Shown: piece after piece, positions 1-10,773 of the stretch
Layout: the number at the start of each line of letters is the position of its first letter
Numbering within the stretch: the first letter of the stretch is position 1
DNA from: Octopus sinensis
Taxonomy: Eukaryota
Reading direction: 5' to 3'
Length of the DNA stretch: 64,000 bases
NCBI RefSeq assembly: GCF_006345805.1
Contig: NC_042999.1
Span: 34,348,001 to 34,412,000, forward strand
Program-made: the position numbers and the translations under genes
The notes under the pieces: model-generated
The model's database searches: none
What the model was told of the DNA's origin: nothing
The model's input: the letters and a program-made list of their open reading frames with translations, nothing else

Positions 1-376
1 ATGAAATCGATTATAGAAGTAGATAATAATAGATTTAAATTTAGGAATCTACGTAATTTCAGTTAAATTATTTATTTAAAATTAAGCTCGCTCTCAAAAC
101 GATTTTTTTGTTGATTTTTTTTTTGAGCGTTAACAGTTATAAAAAGTTTCAATCGTTAATTTTCATGGATTATTTATGAAGATATGTTAATCCAATAAAA
201 GCTAATTATATCTAAACATTCTTGAAAAACATGGGTTCATTAATGAAGTGGAAACAGTTGTAATTTATGAGACGTGTCATTTATTAGTATAAAATAATTG
301 AAAGCAATTGAATTTATTATTTAATAATTCAATTCTGTAATTGTCCAATTTGTTGTTTTGGTTTCCATTTCTAATT

Positions 377-378
<2 letters not shown>

Positions 379-424
<46 letters not shown>
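379..424. repeat. (TA)n microsatellite, representative of many similar tracts (e.g. 1546-1670, 4200-4243, 8080-8135, 8340-8427, 10430-10735, 17005-17065, 39350-39565)
   Basis: Direct reading; these tracts produce the [10 protein letters not shown] pseudo-ORFs in the ORF track. Confidence 0.97.
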
Positions 425-432
<8 letters not shown>

Positions 433-1021
433 CATATATATTATATATATACAAACGTACACTATCCATTTATGTATATATACATACACACACATACATA
501 TATACATATGCATATTCGCATACACAAGTTTATATATTCAGTTATATCTATACCTATATACATATATCATTACAAAATGCATACTTATACATTTCCATAC
601 ACACATGCCTATATAGTTATGGTAACACATTGTGTTATATATTAATTCAAATCTAAATAGAAGAATTTATAATATAAATCCTACTTACAATTTATTTAAA
701 TTATAGTTTAAAGTATATATAGGTGGACTACTTTCCCATTTATAGAAGGAATGCGAAAAACAAAAACAACTCGATACGGTTCAGTGGAATATTGGTATAC
801 ACGCACATAATTTTATGAACTTTTTAATAATTCCTTCTGGAAATTATCGTTTACATTTTCTTGAGAATGTATATATTTGTTTTAATCTTTTGTGCCCAAT
901 ATTTCAATGGACTTGTTAAACAATTTTATGTTCTTAACAAGCTCTTGTCACCAAAGAATGTATATATATATATGTATTGTAGTACTCTGTGACAACCAAT
1001 ATTCTGTGCGTGTTTGAATAT

Positions 1022-1450
1022 ACAGATACAATACCAATATCCCACTGAACTTTTTAATAATTTTAAGGCACTGGAACAAAAGAAAAGCGACACAATTATC
1101 TAATCATATTTGGTCTTTAAGAGATAAAGGTGTCGATTATAACATACAATGGAAGATTTTGGCCAGATGTAAGAAAACAGATAGAACATGCTTTCTATGT
1201 TATGTCCCAAGAAGAATTTATATATTTTTATATATTTTTATATATTTTTTATGTATTTTTATATAATTTTTACATAATTTTTATGACGAAAAATGCGAGC
1301 GATGTATAAGTACGCAGGCAAGCAGAGTTATAACAGAGTAATTTCCCTTTAAATAACGGTATTTTTTCATAACGTTTTCAAATAGCCAGATAACCGAAGA
1401 GATGGTATTGTGGATTTCCACTTCGGCATCTGAAACTCAGAGTTTTATCT
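1022..1450 (+). mobile_element. Penelope-like element 3' remnant (GIY-YIG endonuclease C-terminus plus hammerhead-bearing end)
   Basis: 1087-1200 translates as ATQLSNHIWSLRDKGVDYNIQWKILARCKKTDRTCFLC, the typical PLE GIY-YIG C-terminal pattern (LS.HIW.L...Y.I.W.IL..C...C.LC); a hammerhead motif follows at 1388-1450. Confidence 0.75.
1388..1450 (+). ncRNA. Type I hammerhead ribozyme-like motif, CCGAAGA core
   Basis: Stem I AGATAA(1388-93)/TTATCT(1445-50); core CCGAAGA; stem II GATG/CATC enclosing GTGGA/TCCAC; GAAA 1432-35; stem III ACTC-A-GAGT; GUU cleavage triplet. Confidence 0.7.
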
Positions 1451-1545
1451 TGACTACCGAGTAATGTAACATATTGTATAGATAAATTTCCTCTATTTAC
1501 ATAATATTGAGGTCTCTTTCTTTCTTTTGTTATCTTACCGTATTA

Positions 1546-1653
<108 letters not shown>

Positions 1654-2483
1654 ATATACATATATATATATGCAGAAATCCATTTACTTTGATAGCTACA
1701 CATTTGAAAATTGTTTTGCTTCATTTGTCTTCTCAACTAACGTTCCTTTCAATAAACTGTTGCATGAAATATCAAATTGTGGCTTAAAATCATATTATAA
1801 AAATCGAAGAAAACCTTAAATCAAGAATAACTTATGAAGAGGGAAATAGGCCTGAATTCCCGGCGTAAATAATTAGCTGTAAAAATAATAATAAAACTAA
1901 ATTAATAATATAAAAGATATATCCGTTTAACAAATTTTCACGTTAAAATACTTTATTCATCTAGCAATACATACACATTCCAAGCAATCTTTAGTATACT
2001 TATATACATTAAACATACACACGTAGGTACATGGCTACATACATATACAGACATATGTAGGCGAAACATAAATATTTACAAATGAATATATATATGTATG
2101 TATGCACACACGCACGCGCACAAAACGTACTGGTGTGCGCTTATAGAACTTATTTGTTAAAGGCGAAAGAAAGGAAAGGAAAATAAATCAGTGAATAACA
2201 ATAAGGAATGAAGAGAACATAAAAGGGTAAACGAAGAAAACGAAATGAAACAGAAAGGAACAGAAAATTAGAGATAGAAAGGGGAAAATACATAGAGGTA
2301 AAGAGAGTGAAATGGTTGGCGTTCCTATAAGTATTTAACGAAAGTTACATACTTCGTTCAGTTTGAGAAACGCATAAATATAAAAACGCAGACATAAAAT
2401 TAATACAAGCATGGATACAAATACACCCACATATAGACACGAATACAAATATACAAATAAATATGTGAGCAAATACATGCCCA

Positions 2484-2516
<33 letters not shown>

Positions 2517-2571
2517 CACGCATTCACGCACACACACACACACACGCACACACATATATATATATATATAT

Positions 2572-4197
2572 ATAAATTATTAGAGAGTCATCCACTATGT
2601 GGATAACTCTAGTGCTAAAAATAGCTCCGAAGCAACCACAGAAGATCCGTTTCCAACTAGAATCAACACACATTTAACTGAAGGAAAGTGAAATACAACG
2701 AATAAAATAGATTGACTCTATACAATTGTTTCATTACTAATGCAATATGTAGTTTTACTTACACTTGCATCTATAAATCTTCGGTAGAGTTTGTCAGAAA
2801 TGCAATTAATTAGATCGATTCGGGCGTCAAAAACACGAGCGGTCCAACCAATTACATTTTTAGTTATGTCTCAAATTCCGCGCCAAAAGCATGCCTAGAC
2901 TCCATTGGAAACGTATGCCGCATCAAATAAAATATTGACTGCCGCGTAGTTAAATTTATAAAATTATAAATGAGGGTGAAAAATCGATATTAATTTAATA
3001 ATACCGTCAATTTAACACCAAGTGGCTTAGCACAAAAAACTACGGAGGAAATACAAATTTATACATAAATTATTAGAGAGTCATCCACTATGTGGATAAC
3101 TCTAGTGCTAAAAATAGCTCCGAAGCAACCACAGAAGATCCGTTTCCAACTAGAATCAACACACATTTAACTGAAGGAAAGTCAAATACAACGAATAAAA
3201 TAGATTGACTCTATACAATTGTTTCATTACTAATGCAATATGTAGTTTTACTTACACTTGCATCTATAAATCTTCGGTAGAGTTTGTCAGAAATGCAATT
3301 AATTAGATCGATTCGGGCGTCAAAAACACGAGCGGTCCAACCAATTACATTTTTAGTTATTCTAATTAATTGCATTTCTGACAAACTCTACCGAAGATTT
3401 ATAGATGCAAGTGTAAGTAAAACTACATATTGCATTAGTAATGAAACAATTGTATAGAGTCAATCTATTTTATTCGTTGTATTTCACTTTCCTTCAGTTA
3501 AATGTGTGTTGATTCTAGTTGGAAACGGATCTTCTGTGGTTGCTTCGGAGCTATTTTTAGCACTAGAGTTATCCACATAGTGGATGACTCTCTAATAATT
3601 TATGTATAAATTTGTATTTCCTCCGTAGTTTTTTGTGCTAAGCCACTTGGTGTTAAATTGACGGTATTATTAAATTAATATCGATTTTTCACCCTCATTA
3701 TAATTTTATAAATTTAACTACGCGGCAGTCAATATTTTATTTGATGCGGCATACGTTTCCAATGGAGTCTAGGCATGCTTTTGGCGCGGAATTTGAGACA
3801 TAACTAAAAATGTAATTGGTTGGACCGCTCGTGTTTTTGACGCCCGAATCGATCTAATTAATTGCATTTCTGACAAACTCTACCGAAGATTTATAGATGC
3901 AAGTGTAAGTAAAACTACATATTGCATTAGTAATGAAACAATTGTATAGAGTCAATCTATTTTATTCGTTGTATTTGACTTTCCTTCAGTTAAATGTGTG
4001 TTGATTCTAGTTGGAAACGGATCTTCTGTGGTTGCTTCGGAGCTATTTTTAGCACTAGAGTTATCCACATAGTGGATGACTCTCTAATAATTTATGTATA
4101 AATTTGTATTTCCTCCGTAGTTTTTTGTGCTAAGCCACTTGGTGTTAAATTGACGGTATTATTAAATTAATATCGATTTTTCACCCTCATTTATAAT
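2572..4197. repeat. 493-bp tandem unit: 1.6 copies on + followed by about 1.7 copies inverted, bounded by (TA)n
   Basis: ATAAATTATTAGAGAG starts at 2572 and 3065 (period 493). From 3361 the sequence is the reverse complement of the unit read backwards from 3307; inverted unit starts fall at 3603 and 4095, with a partial copy to ~4197. Confidence 0.97.
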
Positions 4198-4212
4198 AAT
4201 TATATATATATA

Positions 4213-4243
<31 letters not shown>

Positions 4244-4660
4244 GGCGTAGGAGTGGCTGTGTGGTAAGTAGCTTGCTTACCAATCACATGGTTCCGGGTT
4301 CAGTCCCATTGAGTGGCACCTTGGGCAAGTGTCTTCTACTATAAGCCTCGGGCCGACCAAAGCCTTGTGAGTGGATTTGGTAGACGGAAACTGAAAGAAG
4401 CCCGTCGTATATATGTATATATATATATGTGTGTGTGTGTGCGTGTGTGTTTGCGTGTCTGTGTTTGTCCCCCAAGCATTGCTTGACAACCGATGCGGGT
4501 GTGTTTATGTCCCCGTCACCTAGCGGTTCGGCAAAAGAGACCGATAGAATAAGAACTGGGCTTACAAAGAATAAGTCCCGGGGTCGAGTTGCTCGACTAA
4601 AGGCGGTGCTCTAGCATGGCCGCAGTCAAATGACTGAAACAAGTAAAAGAGTAAAGAGAA
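4244..4660 (+). mobile_element. tRNA-derived SINE family 1 with internal microsatellite and CR1-like 3' tail
   Basis: Box A-like TGGCTGTGTGG and box B-like GGTTCAGTCCC head, central CCTTGGGCAAGTGTCTT, tail AGCATGGCCGCAGTCAAATGACTGAAAC; homologous to 6551-7018. Confidence 0.85.
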
Positions 4661-4929
4661 AGATATATACATGAGAGCATTGTAGTTCGTTTCAATAATT
4701 GTGTGTTGTTTGTAAAGAATAAAATGATTCAAATGGTACAACGATGCACTGTAATACAAACAATGGGCTATATACGTGTTGTAATTTAACCGTCTTTAGT
4801 CCCATAGCTTAGAACGTTGATCAAGCTTTATGAGAAACGCTCTGACATTGGATGCCAAAAGCCGTTAAAAAAAGGAATATAGCAGCGATTCCATCAATTC
4901 CTAGGGCTATCTGAGAAAAGAATTTTATT

Positions 4930-5240
4930 CCGAAATATTATCAGACTATGGATGGCTAAATTACAACAGGTTTATAGCCCATCGTTTGTATTATAGTGCA
5001 TTGTTGTACCATCCGAAACATTTTATCACTTACATATATATATATAACCATTCCAACATTCTTATACAGAGAAACTCACCTCCCAAAAAAGGCAAGAAAT
5101 ATTAAGCGATTATCTCCCTTACATCGGAAGAAATCACTTATTACCTTCCCTTATCTGGAACTCTCTTTTACACTTCTCAACGAAAACATAACGATGTAAG
5201 AAATTTGAAAAGCTGAACGCGAAACCGGTCATTTCTTCAA
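4930..5240 (+). mobile_element. Probable PLE 3' remnant ending in a hammerhead motif
   Basis: Frameshifted reading (FLYRETHLPK...AIISLTSEE) loosely resembles a PLE endonuclease C-terminus and is followed directly by the hammerhead at 5198-5237. Confidence 0.45.
5198..5237 (+). ncRNA. Minimal type I hammerhead ribozyme motif with U3-A8 core
   Basis: Stem I AAGAAAT/ATTTCTT (7 bp, perfect); core TTGAAAA; stem II GC-TGAAC-GC; GAAA; palindromic stem III ACC/GGT; GUC triplet. Confidence 0.8.
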
Positions 5241-5387
5241 AAACTATGTCATTGTATGAAAAACATTTATAACATTCTTCTGATATAATGACTCAAATAT
5301 ATATTTTTTAACCTTTTAAAACAAGCCTTCTGTAGTTTTTTCACTTTTTACTATTTTCTATATATATATATAAATACATATATATAC

Positions 5388-5422
<35 letters not shown>

Positions 5423-5809
5423 TACGTACAGAAATTCATACATATACATACAACCACATACCTACAATACATACACATATATAGAGAGAGACATATCTGC
5501 ACATCAAACATCATAAAAACTGTCTGGTAGATATAAAATTAAAATATTAAAATAAGGAAGTTGCACAATAAATTTCACAATAATTTAACCTAACATAATT
5601 AAATGCGATAGTGATCAATAAAAATAAACCTAGGCGAAACTTAAGTTTAAATTTGTAAAACATTGGAACGATTTCTCAAAGGTGAAGTCGAAATATACAC
5701 TAGCATTGTAATACAAAATAATTGTAAGATGTGTGTAAAGTCAAATTCAAATACGACAGTCGAAATTTTTCCGTAAGTCCAAACATTTTACTCATACGGT
5801 TTTATTCGG

Positions 5810-6545
5810 TTGACATTTTAATCCTCGCGGCGTTCCAGCAGGAATTTAAGAGCTCAGGTCTTAGGTTCAAAGTATGTCTATCCTGGAACAGGATGGAGAA
5901 CTTTTCTGAGATGCAAAATTACAGTCCATGTTTATTTTTATAAGCTCCATGTCTGTATGATGATGCTTTTTATAGAATTCCCCAGGTTATATTGAAAGGA
6001 CGGGTGTTATTCTCTTGCAATTCCCAGCTATGCTTTGCAAGACTAGTTGCTGTCGTACTCTCGGGGCATCGGAAAGAATCCCAGTGGAAATAGAATCGAG
6101 TCTTGAATGAATCTTCCGAAGCCCCTGTGTAAGTTTTATATTCTTGTGAGCCATCTACTTGCACTTTGGCTCTATAAACAATTCCTTTTTCAAGACATTT
6201 ACCTTCCGACGAACAGTAAGTCTTATCTTTGAAGTTGCAGTGGCTCAGATTACATTCGGTACTGTGGTTGTTCGTAATAATTTTCGTGCTATGCTGATTC
6301 ATAAAAGAAGCAAAGTATTTGCAACAAGAATAGCTAATCGTCAGTTTTCTCTTATTAAAAATTTTATAGAATTTATGGCTATATTGAAAAGGAAATTAAT
6401 TCTAAGAATTTCCTACCTGTAGTAGTTTTTACGGTAATATTAATTGCTGGGTTAAACAACAAAACTTTCGTAGTTCTTGTTTTACGTGGTCTATTATTGT
6501 TAGAATAAACTTCACTATACTCGATCTTCTCCGAGATATATACGA
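5810..6545 (-). mobile_element. Penelope-like element (Neptune-like) linker plus GIY-YIG endonuclease, decayed
   Basis: ORFs 5970-6302 (CSSEGKCLEKGIVYRAKV...YTGASEDSFKTRF...SLAKHSWEL...ITWGIL) and 6379-6594 (RKTRTTKVLLFNPAINITVKTTTGRKFLELI) match PLE linker and EN motifs. Confidence 0.85.
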
Positions 6546-6550
6546 CCCTA

Positions 6551-6724
6551 GGCCCAGGAGTGACTGTATGATAAGTAGCTTGCTTACCAGCCACTTTGTT
6601 CCGGGTTCAGTCACATTACTTTGTAACTTGGGCAAGTGTTTTTACTATAGCCTCGAGGCGAGCAGAGCCTTGTGAGTGAATTTGTTAGACGGAAACTGAA
6701 AGGCGCGAGTCGTATATATGTATA

Positions 6725-6765
<41 letters not shown>

Positions 6766-7018
6766 TATATATATATATATATATGTATGCGTGTGTATGT
6801 GCTTGTGTCTGTGTTTGCTCCCTCACCCACCCCAATATCGCTTGCGAACTGATGCTGGTGTGTTTACGTCCCCGTAAATTTGCGGTTCGGCAAAAGACAC
6901 CGATAGAATAAGTACTAGGCTTACAAAGAATAAGTCCTGGGGTCGATTTAGTCGACTAAAGACCTTCCTATAGCAGGGTCACAGTCAAATGACTGAAAAA
7001 AATAAAAAGATAAAAAGG
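6551..7018 (+). mobile_element. SINE family 1 copy
   Basis: Colinear homology with 4244-4660, including the AGTCAAATGACTGAAA tail. Confidence 0.85.
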
Positions 7019-7079
7019 AAATATATATATATACATATATAAATGTAAGCATATATATGAATGTATGTATATATATAGG

Positions 7080-7112
<33 letters not shown>

Positions 7113-7171
7113 TGTATATATGCATATGTATATATATATATATATATATAGGTATGTGTATATATGTATAT

Positions 7172-7215
<44 letters not shown>

Positions 7216-7230
7216 ATATATATATATTTT

Positions 7231-7630
7231 AAAGTTTCAACTCAGAGCTGCGGCCATGCTGATGCAACGCCGTTTTGCGCTACATTGTTATTACTAGGAG
7301 CCTCCTCTAATATGTGGCACTTGATGAAGAATGGAGGTTGATATAGTTACCCTCATTTGCACCTCTTGCCGTGAGGTAGGCTCATCTGGGACTCTTGACA
7401 GGAAGAGGTCCAGCTTCGATTTAAAACCCCCTACATCTACTTTGTGCACGTTCCTCCGACTCATTGGGAGGATACTAAAGTATGTGGGCCATTGAAACCC
7501 AAGCTGTTGCAGTAACTGGTCCTGAAGCGTGATGGCATTGCTGGGATCTTTGGCACCATGCAGTGTCGTCCCGTTCTGACATTGGTGTAGCTTTCAATGC
7601 CAAAATTTGGCACAATTCGTTCCATGTATA
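7231..7630 (-). mobile_element. 5'-truncated CR1-like LINE 3' end
   Basis: Minus-strand reading IVPNFGIESYTNVRTGRHCMVPKIP...NSLGFNGPTYFSILP...FKSKLDLFLSRVPDEP parallels the C-terminus of ORF 18340-19497 (GPALFNIVP...FKQSLDRFLQRIPDKP). Confidence 0.8.
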
Positions 7631-8085
7631 TACCCACTCACACATATGTTATCTAAACAAAAATCTGATTAAATCCAATAGGTATTACTAGATAATGTTA
7701 TTACTTTATATACTTGTGGGGTGTAATTAAATGCAAATTATAAGCTAGTCAATGTTTATTTGTTAAAGGTACCAACAGAAATCATAAACATATACATACA
7801 TACCTAAACCTACTTGCATGTGTGTGCAACATTAAATATATTAATACAAAACACTTATGTATTAATAATTGGGTATTCTATTTGCAGTATATTGGATAGA
7901 TATTATCTCCCTTAGTTGGTCAGATTCACAATCTCTAACTCTCTTCCAATTATGTATATATATAATTTACGGTATCAGCCTAAATTATAATGTTAATAAT
8001 AATTATCACCTTTGAAGGTTTTTATTTCCATGCACTTGAATAAGATCGATTTTAATTTAAATTAACGATCTTATCCTTAATATAT

Positions 8086-8135
<50 letters not shown>

Positions 8136-8139
<4 letters not shown>

Positions 8140-8336
8140 TAATCCAAACAAGAAAACAAAAAAAACAAAACGCAAGGATGTGGAACAAATAAAGTATTAT
8201 TGGACGCTCAGGAAAGAAGGAAAGAAGGAGGTTTGATGTTTCGAGCGGAGCTCTTCGTCGGAAACATAGGAGAAAGAAAGATCCCGAGACGGGAGGACAG
8301 AGGAAAAGAATTGCAGGTGGTATTCACGAGGTCACA

Positions 8337-8340
<4 letters not shown>
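8136..8340 (-). mobile_element. Hammerhead-bearing short repeat (probable PLE pLTR derivative) embedded in (TA)n
   Basis: Non-microsatellite 200-bp island between two TA tracts, containing the hammerhead at 8231-8265. Confidence 0.55.
8231..8265 (-). ncRNA. Minimal type I hammerhead motif, CCGACGA core
   Basis: Minus strand GTTT-CCGACGA-A-GAGC-TCC-GCTC-GAAAC-ATC-AAAC: stem I 4 bp, stem II 4 bp; AUC where GUC is expected. Confidence 0.7.
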
Positions 8341-8397
<57 letters not shown>

Positions 8398-8960
8398 ATA
8401 TTATATATGTATATATATATTATATATCGGGCAACGCGCATACAGACAACAAAACTGGAGAATTTGGGAATATATTTAGTTACCTCCTCATATTCTTTTA
8501 CGCGTTTCAGTGAAGATGTCATGGCCGAATGATATAAACTTCATCGCCTTATTCAGTTTTAGCATCGTCTAAATGGATTATGTTTCTCGCCTCTATATGA
8601 GGCGGGGATTTTGTTTTGTACGTTTATGTTTAAGTATATGGATGTTTATATTCGCGTGAGTATATTAACGATTATTTGTTAGTTCGTTTGTGTTTGTAAA
8701 TTAGATTACTTGGGAATCTTTTATGAAAGTTTCAAATTACAAGTATAAACTGAAGATTAAGCTTCAAATATCCAAAAACATGTAATTCCATGTTCTGTTA
8801 GGTACTTGTGAGCATACTTCACGTTTGATTAAGACTTTAGTGACGCATTTATTTGGTTTATACTTCTCTTTATATGTATTTGTTTAAATGTGATTAAATA
8901 TTTTTGTGGAATGTTAGAAGACAAGAATGAATATTCATTGTAAAAACGTTAACATGTTCC

Positions 8961-9022
<62 letters not shown>

Positions 9023-10431
9023 TATTTCCTACAGTATGGCATATAAGATAGAGGCCGATAAATCTCGGTATATCAGGATGCAATGAAATATAAGTATCTT
9101 ATATTGTGTATTTAGTTTTTTGTATATTGAATTTAGTCTAGAAAAACAGACCCAAGCCATACATATGCATGCCAGTAGAATTAAGTGTGCTACGTTTTTT
9201 TTCTGTCTATGAGATAGCTGTAAAGTATATTACATATTGTTTCTATGTATACAATAGAACATATTTATATAATCTTATATGATGTAATATTTTAAGTAAA
9301 ACAGCGACCAACGTTTGCTCAGATTTTCTATTACGACAGAGCCAGCAAAAGATATCTTTAAAATTAATCCATCTGTGGACACTAATGTGAAAATAAATAG
9401 TAAATTTGGTTCCATGGTTTCAATCAATATTTCGTTACTTTAAGTCTGGTTTTCAGAGCACAGGATTCGAAGACGTTAAATTGATACTGAGAACAGAAAA
9501 TAAGCCATAAAGTGGGTATAATATGTTCAATGCAAATGAAACCTCGGTTCTGGAGCTCAGCAAGAAACCAGAGCTTTGATGTAGGTGATTATAAAACTGC
9601 ATGACTTTGGAAGAGTCAATTTCCTTCAGTACGGATATACCATCATATTTTTTTGCACAAGAAACATTTTTCACATCAAATAAAATATGTATAGAAATTA
9701 ATAGCTTAAAACCAAGGATAATGGCAATATTGTCACGAGTAAGAATGTAATTTAGACAGCAAGCCATTAGATAAATCCTCATTTCGAAGATTATGATTTT
9801 GCGATGTATGAGTTAGAAACAATGGTTTCTGGTTGAGAACCAGACAAAGTAGTTGAAAAGATTGAGGTAGTCAAAGCGCTCAGACTCATCACTCGTCTGG
9901 TAGTTCGTTTCGTCGCCCCCCCCCCCAACCAAAACGCAAAACTGACCTCGACTGCATTGGAACTTAGAACGAAAAACCGAAACAAAGAATCTTTCGCCGC
10001 TTTAGCAATTGAGCTAGCTCGCTGCTTCAATGAAAAATGCATGCAAAATGACATGCTTAATAACAAGAAGATATGAAAGAGGCCCATTACATCGCGTATT
10101 CATCGAACATCTGCATGTAATATATTCATACTTTAATACAACTTAATCGTTATATCTTGTTGCAAGTATTCGTGTTTGGTCACTGATTGCAATATACCTT
10201 CCAGTATCCATACTACCAGTCGTGAAAACCATGTAAACATTCCTGCTCAATGTCTTGCCTCCAGACTAAGCACAAAAATATGTACAAAGTGTTTCATAAA
10301 TTTATATTACATATTACTTCCTAAAACATTGATCATATGGAATCCAATTCAACTTGCGAATAACCATACAATTCCTTCTTTCTGTCTTATGAATGTTACA
10401 CAATAAAGTTGCACACACTCATACACAGTAT

Positions 10432-10473
<42 letters not shown>

Positions 10474-10507
10474 GTGTGTGTGTGTGTGGTGTGTGTGTTT
10501 GTGTTTG

Positions 10508-10571
<64 letters not shown>

Positions 10572-10687
10572 CATATACATATACATATATATATATATGT
10601 ATATGTGTTTGTATATGTATATATATATATATACACATATATATATATATATATGTATATATATGTATATGTATATATATGTTATAT

Positions 10688-10718
<31 letters not shown>

Positions 10719-10773
10719 TTGTGTGTGTGTGTATAATCTACTAGCTCTGCGTCAGCAAGACATGAACAAATAT

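Noticed and set aside
277-645. ORFs rich in YI/HT/CV dipeptides here and throughout the ORF track
   Set aside because: They are translations of (TA)n, (CA)n and (TACA)n microsatellites, not genes.
2572-3064. Hammerhead or retrozyme inside the 493-bp unit (CTGAAGG...GAAATAC; CTGACAA...CCGAAG)
   Set aside because: Core mismatches, and no stems I or II can be formed.
5610-5705. GAAAC/GAAA-containing hairpins near the PLE 3' end
   Set aside because: No acceptable core or stem I; too degenerate to call.
8490-8565. Minus-strand ...GCGATGA...GAAACGCGTA, hammerhead-like with palindromic stem III
   Set aside because: No stem I pairing, and the core has two substitutions.
9400-10090. Open frames on both strands (ORFs 9453-9782 and 9791-10087; near-open + frame) as host exons
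   Set aside because: No recognisable domain; the candidate acceptor at ~9456 leads to stops in all frames.
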